Assembly (NCBI GenBank): GCA_050298055.1
Contig: JBNKTL010000003.1
Location: forward strand, 81,685 to 145,684
Direction of reading: 5' to 3'
From: Spirochaetota bacterium
GTDB taxonomy: Bacteria; Spirochaetota; UBA4802; UBA5550
DNA: 64,000 bases
Shown: positions 9,793 to 19,314 of the stretch, piece by piece
How positions within the stretch are numbered: the first letter of the stretch is position 1
Layout of the letters: each line of letters begins with the position of its first letter
The notes under the pieces: generated by a model
The model's database searches: none
Told to the model about the DNA's origin: nothing
The model's input: only the letters and a program-made list of their open reading frames with translations
Made by a program: the position numbers and the translations under genes

Positions 9793-10908
9793 TCATTCCG
9801 CCGGATCTTCCTCTCCGGCTTCGGCTTTCCCGGCCTTTTTCCACATATCGTATTCATCCAGCAGCTTGTATATGTTCCAGAAGGAGTAGAAAAGGGTAAG
9901 CAGCAGCGGACCCACAATAACACCCGGCAGGCCGAAGGCCTGTATACTTCCCAGCAGGAGGAAAAAGAATATCACCGGGTGAAAGTGGAGCTTTTCCCCG
10001 AAGAATTTCGGTTTGACAAAATTCTCCAGGAGCTGGTACCAGAGGAGACACCAGACCCCCAGAAAGACCGAACCGATATAATGACCGCTTACCGCCAGGT
10101 AGATCACCGCCGGGACCCATATGAACATTGTCCCGATGGCGGGGATTAGGGAGAGTATGGCGGCCATGCTCCCCCAGAGCTGCGCCATCCCGATACCCGC
10201 GATAAAAAAACCGGCACCCAGGGCCGTCCCCTGCAAAACCATGATCAGAATGTTTCCCGCGAGGAGGACCTTTATCACTTCCTTGAGCCTGTCCACAACG
10301 TCCTTTTCCAGGTCATCGGGAAAGGGAAGGATTTTATAGATCCCCTGGTCCAGCCTGTGCCCGTCTTTGAGAAGGAAGAAGAGCATGAGGACCATAAAAA
10401 AAAGGTTTATGATGAAATTAATGGGAAAGGAGACGATCTTTGTGAGGCTCTGGAAAACGGAAATGGCCCCCTTTTCAAGAAACTGCGTCAGTTTCCTGAC
10501 AATATCATCACCCTGTATCCGGAAGTAATTCATGAACCTGTTTATGAAATCAATATCCTGGAGCTGGTTTAACAACCCGGACTGGACCTTCACCTGGATA
10601 AGATTGTAGAGCTGGTAAGCCTGGTCAGCCAGTATAAAGAAGAGGTAGAATACCGGGATAATAATCACTAAAAAGATGAAGATAATGACCAGTGTTGTGG
10701 TAATCCTTCTCTTCTTGAGCCTGGCCGCAAGCCTGTCATGAAAGGGTTTGATGGCAATATAGAGGATTATGGCAAAGAGAAAGGGCCAGAAGTAATACCT
10801 GAAAATATAGATGAGGGACACAATAATAATAAGGAAAAAACCCATGAAAAGGAGTTTTAATCTTCTGCTTTCCTGTATGCGTAAATAGGAGTCACTCGGG
10901 TTCATCAA
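9793..10908 (-). CDS. AI-2E family transporter
   Basis: Multiple TM helices; LIPAIG, ENFVKP, FGLPGVIVGP motifs. Confidence 0.9.
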   Translation of the reverse strand: MMNPSDSYLRIQESRRLKLLFMGFFLIIIVSLIYIFRYYFWPFLFAIILYIAIKPFHDRLAARLKKRRITTTLVIIFIFLVIIIPVFYLFFILADQAYQLYNLIQVKVQSGLLNQLQDIDFINRFMNYFRIQGDDIVRKLTQFLEKGAISVFQSLTKIVSFPINFIINLFFMVLMLFFLLKDGHRLDQGIYKILPFPDDLEKDVVDRLKEVIKVLLAGNILIMVLQGTALGAGFFIAGIGMAQLWGSMAAILSLIPAIGTMFIWVPAVIYLAVSGHYIGSVFLGVWCLLWYQLLENFVKPKFFGEKLHFHPVIFFFLLLGSIQAFGLPGVIVGPLLLTLFYSFWNIYKLLDEYDMWKKAGKAEAGEEDPAE

Positions 10909-11050
10909 AAGGTCCTTACTCGTTACCAGTTAAGTTTATTTTGTAAGGGAGATAATTGAATACCTCACCTCTGGAAAAAAGATTTAACGGACTTGCTATT
11001 ATGTCAACTTAAATTTACCGGAGGATTTTAAGCTACATGTTTTCTCTTAC

Positions 11051-11279
11051 CGTCTTAGCGAGCGCAGCGTGGCTCATCTCGATACGATCCTGCTCACAAA
11101 GTAGCCAGGAAACGGTATATAGAGATGCAGGATCACTCGATGAGCATCTGTACTTCGACTACATGATTTGGTGCAAAATCATGCGGGCTCAGCACTAGTT
11201 GAGTTCCCCGAGTGATTTGCCGTTTTATGAATTCAGTGCTTTCTGTTTTTAAAATGCGGCAAATTGTATCGAGGGGAAC
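11051..11279. repeat. Cluster of REP-like hairpins (modules A 11072-11145, C 11150-11195, B 11203-11279)
   Basis: A and B recur near-identically, inverted, at 17147-17220 and 17270-17345; ends of C recur at 27731-27835. Confidence 0.85.
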
Positions 11280-11313
11280 AGGCCAGCAAGTCCAGGAACA
11301 TTTACTGAGAACA

Positions 11314-11351
11314 CAAAAAAATCCGGCCCTTCTGGGGGAAAGGGCCGGATC
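11314..11351 (-). terminator. Intrinsic terminator
   Basis: GC stem CCGGCCCTT/AAGGGCCGG followed by a T run on the minus strand, downstream of small ORF 11423..11587. Confidence 0.75.
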
Positions 11352-11422
11352 GTGGAACAATAACTTTTTCCGTTCTCATGGGCCGAACTATCAGCTCATG
11401 ATAAGCGATAATAACATGATAA

Positions 11423-11587
11423 CTACTTTGTGAGATAGTGCGATAAATCGGTAGCAATTTTTGATATGGCATGATCAAGATATGATTCATCAGAAATTCT
11501 CTTTCTGTATTCACGTATCTTTTTCTGATCAGCTTTTTTGTTTCCCGGTCTTATCTCACGATCCTCCATTTTCATGAGATTATCCAT
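11423..11587 (-). CDS. Small protein (54 aa), FlgM-like C-terminus; missing from the ORF track
   Basis: MDNLMKMEDREIRPGNKKADQKKIREYRKRISDESYLDHAISKIATDLSHYLTK; GGAGG RBS upstream and terminator downstream. Confidence 0.7.
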   Translation of the reverse strand: MDNLMKMEDREIRPGNKKADQKKIREYRKRISDESYLDHAISKIATDLSHYLTK

Positions 11588-11729
11588 ATAAACCTCCAAG
11601 GTTAATCTGTTCCTCCATGAACAGAATCACTTAACCTGTTGAATATTTCGGTATATTGAAAAAATATATAAAGATATTAATTAAAGATATTGACTTTTTA
11701 TAACTGTTCGGCTATATATAAAAGAGGAA

Positions 11730-11866
11730 GTAACGATTCAGCTATGTATAAAAATAATTATATTTAACAATAAAGATAACCGGTATGTCCGCGCTGCCCT
11801 GGGCAGAGACATATTGTTGATATTTTAGAAAACAGGTTGAGCATAGCCATACAGCTGAGTAGTTTC
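11730..11866. mobile_element. MITE-like element copy 1
   Basis: TIRs GTAACGATTCAGCT / AGCTGAGTAGTTTC, central GC hairpin; homologous to the copies at 20819, 27941 and 48352. Confidence 0.8.
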
Positions 11867-11919
11867 AAAAGAGACAATTTGTCAAAAACAGAAGTGTTAT
11901 ACATATTTTTATATTTCAG

Positions 11920-12687
11920 ATGAACGAAAAGAACCAGAACAAAGAGCTCAATGACTTTCAGCTCAGGAATGTGAAGATATTAACACACCTCCTGTCACAC
12001 GATGCCATTGATGATGAAATTGTGGAATATCTCCGCAGGGCGGAACTGGATTACTTCGCCCTTATTGACAAGTATGAAATCCTCGAGCACAAGATCAATG
12101 TTGATGATAAGACCAACCTTCTGAAATACAAAAATGATTACCTCACAAACATATTAAAGACCGCGTCAAGGATCTATTTTGGCGCGGAAAACGCGGCTTA
12201 CTCAATCTCCATGGTGAGGTTTGATATCGACGACTTCTCGGTATTTAATAATAAATACGGCCATGACCTGGGTGACAGGGTCTTAAAGAAAATTGCCGGT
12301 ATCATCAGGTCACATTCACGGCCCACCGATTACGCCATACGGTTCGGCGGAGAAGAATTCGACGTTCTTCTGCCGGCAACAGACCTTGAAGGGACCGGGA
12401 TATTTCTGGAAAATATCTTCAGGGAGATACGGAAAGCTGAAATCGTTCATAAAAAAGAAAAACTCAGGGCCACCGTAAGTGCCGGAGCTTCTTCAATGGT
12501 CTACAGTTTCAGCAATAATAAAAAGATAGATGAAGATGAAATAGAGAACTACTTTATGCTTCTTCAGAATGAAGCGGATGACGCCCTCTACGACGCGAAA
12601 AACTGCGGAAAGGACCGGTACTGCATTTATAACAGGTCGAGAAAAGAGGAATATTCAACAATCAGGGATTCCTACTGCGGCAAATAG
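11920..12687 (+). CDS. Diguanylate cyclase (GGDEF)
   Basis: DIDDF, NNKYGHDLGD, RPTD I-site, RFGGEEF, ADDALYDAK. Confidence 0.95.
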   Translation: MNEKNQNKELNDFQLRNVKILTHLLSHDAIDDEIVEYLRRAELDYFALIDKYEILEHKINVDDKTNLLKYKNDYLTNILKTASRIYFGAENAAYSISMVRFDIDDFSVFNNKYGHDLGDRVLKKIAGIIRSHSRPTDYAIRFGGEEFDVLLPATDLEGTGIFLENIFREIRKAEIVHKKEKLRATVSAGASSMVYSFSNNKKIDEDEIENYFMLLQNEADDALYDAKNCGKDRYCIYNRSRKEEYSTIRDSYCGK

Positions 12688-12699
12688 GAAACACCGGGA

Positions 12700-13734
12700 T
12701 CAATTCTCCCTGTCCAGGAGTTCCCCAATACCCTTCCCGGCGGGATTCTCCACAACACCTTTTTCCGTAATGATAGCTGTAATAAATTCCGCCGGCGTTA
12801 CATCGAACGCGGGATTTTTCACGGATATTCCTTCCGGCGCGATCTGCACCGATTGGATGTAAACAACTTCTTCGATACTTCTCTCCTCGATGGGGATTCC
12901 CTTCCCGGTTTCTGTTCCGGGATCAAGGGTTGATGTGGGAGCGGCAACATAAAAGGGGATTGAATGGTTTCCCGCGAGAACGGAGTGAGTATAGGTCCCG
13001 ATCTTGTTGGCGGTATCACCGTTAAGCGCGATCCTGTCTGCGCCCACAATGATCTTTTTTATCACACCCTCCTTCATGAAATAGCCTGACATATTGTCCG
13101 TTATAAGGGTCACGGGAATATTGTCCCTGGAGAGTTCCCACGCGGTGAGCCGGGCACCCTGCAGGTAGGGCCGCGTTTCACAGGCAAAAACTTCTATCTT
13201 CTTTCCTTCTTCAACGGCGGCCCTGATCACTCCCAGGGCGGTCCCGTAACCACCTGTTGCCAGCGCCCCGGCATTGCAGTGGGTCATGACAACATCCCCG
13301 TCTTCCAGGAACCGGCTCCCGTTTTGGCCCATCTTTTTGTTCATTTCAATATCTTCACGGTAGATATTCAATGCCTCGGCTTCCAGTTTCTCCGCCGCGG
13401 TCCCGGTATTATCCGACAGATCGATGATCTTCTTCATCCTTTCCGCGGCCCAGAAGAGGTTGACCGCCGTGGGACGTGTCCCTTTAAAGAGTTCAATAAT
13501 CCGGGACATCTCCTCCTTAAAGCTCTCAAGGCTTTTGCTCTTGAGATTTTTCGCCGCCAGGGCGATCCCCATCCCCGCGGCAATCCCGATAGCGGGCGCC
13601 CCCCGTATCTCCATCTCCCGGATGGAAACCGCCACGTCACGGTAATTACCATAGTTGTTATAGACCTCGTGAAGAGGGAGTTTTCGCTGGTCCAGTATGG
13701 TTACATGGTCGCCGTTCCATTTGATTGAATTCAT
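12700..13734 (-). CDS. mtnA: S-methyl-5-thioribose-1-phosphate isomerase
   Basis: LDQRKLP, IRGAPAIG, TRPTAVNL, THCNAGALAT, ETRPYLQG, NPAFDVTP. Confidence 0.97.
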   Translation of the reverse strand: MNSIKWNGDHVTILDQRKLPLHEVYNNYGNYRDVAVSIREMEIRGAPAIGIAAGMGIALAAKNLKSKSLESFKEEMSRIIELFKGTRPTAVNLFWAAERMKKIIDLSDNTGTAAEKLEAEALNIYREDIEMNKKMGQNGSRFLEDGDVVMTHCNAGALATGGYGTALGVIRAAVEEGKKIEVFACETRPYLQGARLTAWELSRDNIPVTLITDNMSGYFMKEGVIKKIIVGADRIALNGDTANKIGTYTHSVLAGNHSIPFYVAAPTSTLDPGTETGKGIPIEERSIEEVVYIQSVQIAPEGISVKNPAFDVTPAEFITAIITEKGVVENPAGKGIGELLDREN

Positions 13735-13743
13735 GAGTGCCCT

Positions 13744-14664
13744 TTATTCTCCTTCATTTCTGTCTACCCGGTATTTTCTCAAGCGGATGATATTGCCATC
13801 ATCATTCCAGTCCACTTCATCCATATGGATCCTGATAATTAAAAGTCCCCTGCCGCTGCTCTTGAAAAAGTTTTCGGGGTCCCGGGGGTCCGGAAGCCCC
13901 TTATGGTTGAACCCGGGACCGTCATCCTCAATAAAGTACTCAACATAGTCCCTGGTCAGTTCATATTTTATTGTGATTTTCCTTTTGACATAGTATTCGT
14001 CATTTTTCCGCTTTTCGATCTCCTCGTTGAAACTCTTTATTCCCCCGTAGTTTTTTACATCGGACGAGATCTCAAGGGCGCCGTGAAACATGGCATTGCT
14101 GAGGGCCTCCACAAGAGCGAGGGTTATATTCTCCGCCGTTGTGGTATTGCAGAGACCCGACGGGACAAGGTTCTTTGTCAGCTTGTAGGATATTGCATTT
14201 ATAATAGCGGGATCAACGGGGACACGGTAAATTGTCTTTTCATAGTCAACATACTGAAGATAGTTGTCAACGAGCTTCTGTTCCTTCTTGCTGCGAAGGA
14301 TCGTTCTCACCGAAGAGGAAATTTCATTGATATCAAAAGGTTTCCTGATAAAGTCACTTGCCCCGAACCGGAGCGCCTTCACCGCATCTTCAACATTTCC
14401 GTGACCGGTGATAATAAGGACCGGGATCGGTTCATCCTGGCTTTTGATCCTCCTGAGAAGTTCGATACCATCCATCTTGCGGAGCTTGATATCGGTGATA
14501 ACAAGGTCAATTTTATGGTCGCCGCTTTTTATAAGATAGAGAACATCTTCGGCTTTTTCCAGGGATATGACGTTATACCCTATCCGGGTGAGCTTTTTCT
14601 GAAGAGCAAACCTGATAACATCTTCATCATCGACAATGAGGACCGTGGGCTGATTATCGTTCAT
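13744..14664 (-). CDS. Response regulator receiver fused to RsbW-like (HATPase_c_2) domain
   Basis: VDDE, D, TGH and KP receiver residues; EALSNAMFHG, DDGPGF, GRGLLII. Confidence 0.9.
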   Translation of the reverse strand: MNDNQPTVLIVDDEDVIRFALQKKLTRIGYNVISLEKAEDVLYLIKSGDHKIDLVITDIKLRKMDGIELLRRIKSQDEPIPVLIITGHGNVEDAVKALRFGASDFIRKPFDINEISSSVRTILRSKKEQKLVDNYLQYVDYEKTIYRVPVDPAIINAISYKLTKNLVPSGLCNTTTAENITLALVEALSNAMFHGALEISSDVKNYGGIKSFNEEIEKRKNDEYYVKRKITIKYELTRDYVEYFIEDDGPGFNHKGLPDPRDPENFFKSSGRGLLIIRIHMDEVDWNDDGNIIRLRKYRVDRNEGE

Positions 14665-14669
14665 CCCTG

Positions 14670-15881
14670 TCAGCTCTCCTCCCTGTCCAGTATCATATGG
14701 CCCATCTTGTCCCTCTTTGTCTTGAGGTAATTAATATTTTCACTCAGCGCTTCAACTTCAATGGGGACCCTCTCAACCACTTCCAGACCGTACCCCTCAA
14801 GGCCTATTATCTTTTTGGGGTTATTCGTGAGAAGCTTTATTTTATGGAGTCCCAGGTCAACAAGCATCTGGGCGCCAATCCCGTAGTCCCTCAGGTCTTC
14901 GGGAAAACCGAGTTCAATATTTGCTTCAACGGTATCCAGGCCCTTGTCCTGCAGGTGATAGGCCATGATCTTGTTTCCCAGGCCGATACCTCTCCCCTCC
15001 TGCCGCATATAGAGAATGACACCCGAACCCTCTTTTTCTATCATACTCATTGCCTTGTGAAGCTGGTTCCCGCAGTCACACCTGCGGGACGCAAAAACAT
15101 CACCTGTCAGGCACTCTGAATGGACCCTTACCAGGACGTTCTCCATCCCGTCCACGTCCCCCTTTACCAGGGCCACATGGGTGGTGTCGCCAATCTCCGT
15201 TTCATAGGCAATGATTTTAAACTCTCCGAAGTCCGTGGGTAGCGATGCCGAGGAGACCCTTTTTACCAGCCTCTCCTTGTGCTGCCGGTATTTTATGAGG
15301 TCGGATATTGTGGCTATTTTGAGATCATGTTTTTTCGCGAATTTATCAAGATCACCTCTCCTGGCCATGCTCCCGTCATCGTTCATGATCTCGCAGATAA
15401 CTCCCGCGGGTTTTAAACCCGCAAGCCGCGCAAGGTCCACTGCCCCCTCGGAATGACCGGCCCGCACCAGGACGCCTCCCCTCCTGGCAGCCAGGGGGAA
15501 TATATGCCCGGGCTTTTTGAAATCTTCGGCTGTTGTCTTTTCACTTATCATTGCCAGGACCGTATTGGAACGGTCACCGGCGGAAATCCCGGTGGTTGTT
15601 CCCTCTTTGGCGTCAATGGAGACCGTGAAGGCCGTTCCATACTTGTCATTACTGTCATCCACCATAAGTGAAAGCCCCAGCCGTGCGACAACATCCTGGG
15701 TAACGGGAACACAGACAAGCCCTCTTCCGAATGACACCATGAAATTAATCACTTCCGGCGTGCAGAACTCGGCGGCAATAACAAGATCGCCTTCATTTTC
15801 CCTCTCCTCGTTATCAACAAGGATAATCATTTTGCCGTTTCTGATATCTTCAATTATTTCATGTATGTCGCTGGATTTCAT
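14670..15881 (-). CDS. ribBA: Bifunctional DHBP synthase / GTP cyclohydrolase II
   Basis: [45 protein letters not shown]. Confidence 0.97.
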   Translation of the reverse strand: MKSSDIHEIIEDIRNGKMIILVDNEERENEGDLVIAAEFCTPEVINFMVSFGRGLVCVPVTQDVVARLGLSLMVDDSNDKYGTAFTVSIDAKEGTTTGISAGDRSNTVLAMISEKTTAEDFKKPGHIFPLAARRGGVLVRAGHSEGAVDLARLAGLKPAGVICEIMNDDGSMARRGDLDKFAKKHDLKIATISDLIKYRQHKERLVKRVSSASLPTDFGEFKIIAYETEIGDTTHVALVKGDVDGMENVLVRVHSECLTGDVFASRRCDCGNQLHKAMSMIEKEGSGVILYMRQEGRGIGLGNKIMAYHLQDKGLDTVEANIELGFPEDLRDYGIGAQMLVDLGLHKIKLLTNNPKKIIGLEGYGLEVVERVPIEVEALSENINYLKTKRDKMGHMILDREES

Positions 15882-16003
15882 CACGGACCTCCCAATCAAC
15901 CCCATTAAATTTTGCCCCCGGATATAGTCAAGATATTAATAGTGTGTAATTTCACGAAGAGTTGTTAGAGAAATTTTAAATACAATAGAACATAACTTTC
16001 AGA

Positions 16004-16118
16004 AGATTAGCAACGGAGGTTATGAATATAGTTTCGAGTTCCAGGTTCCAAGTTCTTTGTTCATATACAGAGTCTTCAACTCGAAACCCGGAACTATACA
16101 TGCCTCTGTGGTTAATCC
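16004..16118. repeat. Imperfect palindrome with 7-bp internal repeats
   Basis: GATTAGCAACGGAGG...CCTCTGTGGTTAATC arms enclose GTTTCGA-GTTCCAG-GTTCCAA and the inverted AACTCGA-AACCCGG-AACT. Confidence 0.55.
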
Positions 16119-16137
16119 TAAAATTGGATGAAAAGTA

Positions 16138-17088
16138 TTAAGATAAAGAATCCAGGATCTTGATGATCTCTTCCCGGCTCTCCGCGGTAACCAGGGATCT
16201 TCTTATTTTGGCCGCGTTTTTGAAGCTGTGGATATAGCCGGTGTAATGTTTTCGGAGCAGCCTTATTCCCTTCTCCCCATGGAAGCCGATCATCAGGTCA
16301 AGGTGCTCCCTGACCTGCCGGACGATTTCTTCAACACCGGGTCTTTCCCCTGAAAAGATCCAGGGATTGCCCACGGCGCCCCGCCCGATCATTACACCTG
16401 AACATCCCGAACTCTTAAGCCTCTCCTGGGCCCCGTCATATGAGTCTATGTCACCGTTACCCACAACGGGAAGTTTTGAAAATTCCGCAATTTCGCCGAT
16501 GATATTCCAGTCCGCTTCTCCCGCATATTTCTGCGCAACGGTCCTTCCATGGACAATGATAAAGGAAACACCCCCCTCTTCCAGGGCCCGGACAACTTCA
16601 TGGTAGTTCCGGGTATTGTTGTCCCAGCCGGTCCTGATCTTTGCGCTGAGAGGGATCGTTATCCTCTCCCTGATCCTCCCGGCAATCCGGCGCACCCTCT
16701 CCGGTTCACGGAGCAGCGCTGACCCGGCGCCCTCTCCTCCCCGGATCACCCGTCTCGCGGGACACCCTAAATTGATATCGATGAAATCGGGCCCGTACTC
16801 CTTCTCCACAATGGCCGCGGCTTCACCCATGACTTCCGGAGACCTGCCGAAAAGCTGTATTCCCAGGGGCCTCTCCTCCTCATGAAAGCGGAGAAGGTCC
16901 AGGGTCTTTTTATTGTGCCTGATAATTCCCTCGGAGCTCACAAGCTCGGTGATCACCGGCCCGCACCCGTGGCGCCGGGCAATCCGCCTGGCAGGGGAAT
17001 CGGAGTAGCCCGCAAGGGGAGCAAAGAAGAGGGGATTTCCCGAGGTAATTTTTTCGAAATCATTCATATGAATGTAGATATTGAGCAA
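16138..17088 (-). CDS. dusB: tRNA dihydrouridine synthase
   Basis: APLAG, QLFG, DINLGCP, HGRT, GNGDI, GRGAVGNPW. Confidence 0.93.
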   Translation of the reverse strand: MLNIYIHMNDFEKITSGNPLFFAPLAGYSDSPARRIARRHGCGPVITELVSSEGIIRHNKKTLDLLRFHEEERPLGIQLFGRSPEVMGEAAAIVEKEYGPDFIDINLGCPARRVIRGGEGAGSALLREPERVRRIAGRIRERITIPLSAKIRTGWDNNTRNYHEVVRALEEGGVSFIIVHGRTVAQKYAGEADWNIIGEIAEFSKLPVVGNGDIDSYDGAQERLKSSGCSGVMIGRGAVGNPWIFSGERPGVEEIVRQVREHLDLMIGFHGEKGIRLLRKHYTGYIHSFKNAAKIRRSLVTAESREEIIKILDSLS

Positions 17089-17146
17089 TGAGTTGTTTCT
17101 CTGTCAATAGAATAAAAAGGGAGAAGAGTCAGGAAACACAACAGGT

Positions 17147-17345
17147 GCTCATCGAGTGATCCTGCATCTCTATATACCGTTTCCTGGCTACTTTGTGAGC
17201 AGGATCGTATCAAGGTGAGCTTCGCTCGCTATGACAGCTCTTTTTAATCTAAAATTAAAACTCTTCTCTGTTCCCCTCGATACAATTTGCCGCATTTTAA
17301 AACACAAAGCACTGAATCAATAAAGCGGCAAATCACTCGGGGAAC
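17147..17345. repeat. REP-like hairpin modules A and B, second copies
   Basis: Each module matches the reverse complement of 11072-11145 or 11203-11279. Confidence 0.85.
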
Positions 17346-17375
17346 ACAACAGAATGACTGCATCCCTCAATCTTC

Positions 17376-17813
17376 TCAGTGCCTCTGTGTCTCTGTGGCA
17401 AACTCTGCCTCCATCCTTCTGATCCTCAACTTCCAGTAGATCCATAAAAAATTGAAGAGAAGAAATGTCAGCCCAAGCAGCCAGCCCATAAGAGGTTCCT
17501 TCCGGGGGTCCTGGAGCAGGGAAGCAACAATACCGGTAACCGCCGTTATTGACCAGATGATCTTCAGGCTCAGCATATTGCTGAAAGTGCCGATTCCGGA
17601 ATTGCGGCAGAGATACGACTCAATACCAATCCCGAAAAGCGCAGCGGCAACAAGCCTCGCGGCAAAAGGGTCCACCACCTCCCAGCCAAGGAGTGTTAAA
17701 AACTCAACGGGAAAGAGAAAGAGGGGGACCGCAAATACAAAATCTATAACAAAGTGTACCAGGAACCAGTTTCTTAGTGAGACCGGGACTTTTTTCTCAT
17801 TAATTTCTTTCAT
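17376..17813 (-). CDS. Hypothetical 4-TM membrane protein
   Basis: Four hydrophobic segments; the 3' end overlaps a CTCTGTG(T/G) short repeat. Confidence 0.8.
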   Translation of the reverse strand: MKEINEKKVPVSLRNWFLVHFVIDFVFAVPLFLFPVEFLTLLGWEVVDPFAARLVAAALFGIGIESYLCRNSGIGTFSNMLSLKIIWSITAVTGIVASLLQDPRKEPLMGWLLGLTFLLFNFLWIYWKLRIRRMEAEFATETQRH

Positions 17814-17959
17814 AGCATTCCCTTATTCTTTTTATTAATTTTAACCCGCTGTTTCAGGAAAATCAATAACTATTTGTCGAAATATCTATTGTAAATATTC
17901 TTTATATCTGATTACATGGGAAGAAAATATTCTTTTTTCATGAGCGATCAAAAGGAACC

Positions 17960-19165
17960 ATGAAACAGGGGAGATGGAAGAAGGGGCTTACGAGAAACGT
18001 CGTCATCCTCGGCTTTGTAAGCTTTCTTAACGACAGCGCATCTGAGATGATCTACCCGCTGTTGCCGGTATTCATTACGGCCGTGCTGGGCGCAGGCCCC
18101 GCGGCACTGGGCATCATCGAGGGGATTGCCGAAACAACGGCATCGCTCCTGAAACTCTCTTCCGGCTACCTTTCCGACCGTACCGGGAAACGCAAAGGAT
18201 GGATCGTGGCCGGATATTCCCTCTCCAACATTATCAGGCCGGTCATCGCCTTCACCACGTCCTGGTTCCAGGTGCTGGCGCTCCGCTTCTCGGACCGCGT
18301 GGGTAAGGGGCTTCGCACGTCACCGCGGGACGCCGTCATTGCCGATTCCACGCCCGCTGAATTCCGGGGCAAGGCCTAAGGCTTTCACCGGGCCCTGGAC
18401 CATGGGGGCGCCATAGCGGGACCCCTCGCCGCAACGGGGCTGCTCCTGGTCTGTCCCGGTGATCTTAAAACCGTATTTCTTCTCTCCTTCGTCCCCGGTT
18501 TTTTCGCCCTCTGCATGCTCGTTTTCGGTCTCACGGAAAAACGACCGGTAAAACCACGTACCACTTCATCATCTTTCGACTTAAGGACCGCGTGGACGGA
18601 AATCTCCCCTGAATTCCGGCGCTATCTCATGATCATCTTCCTGTTCACACTGGGAAACTCAACGGATGCCTTTCTTCTGCTGCGGGCGCAACAGCTGGGT
18701 GTACCCGTGACTCTCCTGCCCATGATCTGGGTCGTGCTCCACGCGGTCAAAGCGGCGTTCTCTGTTCCCGGCGGCATTATATCTGACCGCATGGGAAGAA
18801 AGAAAGTCATCATCGCGGGGTGGATCGTATACGCTTTTGTGTACGCCGGATTTGGCACAGCATCACAGTCCTGGCACCCATGGGCGCTTTTCGGCATGTA
18901 CGGTATCTATTTCGGTCTTACGGAAGGGACGGAGAAGGCACTCGTCGCCGACTTCGCACCGGTCCGTCTCCGCGGTTCCGCATTCGGTCTTTATCATCTT
19001 TTCACGGGACTCGGGGCGTTTCCCGCGTCACTGATCTTCGGCGCCGTGTGGCAGAAATTCGGTCCCGCGGCGGCCTTCGGTTTGGGCGCGGCCTTATCGC
19101 TCACAGCAAGCGTGCTGCTGTTTTCACTTGCGGTTAAAAAACCGGGAAAGGGACCCGTTTCTTGA
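17960..19165 (+). pseudogene. MFS transporter with in-frame TAA at 18377-18379
   Basis: Frame continues RGKA*GFHRALDHGGA across the stop; GYLSDRTGKRK and SDRMGRKK MFS motif A in each half. Confidence 0.85.
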
Positions 19166-19314
19166 CCTAATACACTGACAATTTATTCCATTTTTTTGCA
19201 TTGACATTTTATGGGAAAAGAGTTACTACTCTATCTCAGTATAAAAGTGAACGAGGTTTTCTCATTTCCAAAGACAATTTTTCCCGGAGCGGTTTCCGGG
19301 AAGAAGGAGGAATT

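Noticed and set aside
15882..16137. FMN riboswitch upstream of ribBA
   Set aside because: RFN core motifs not seen
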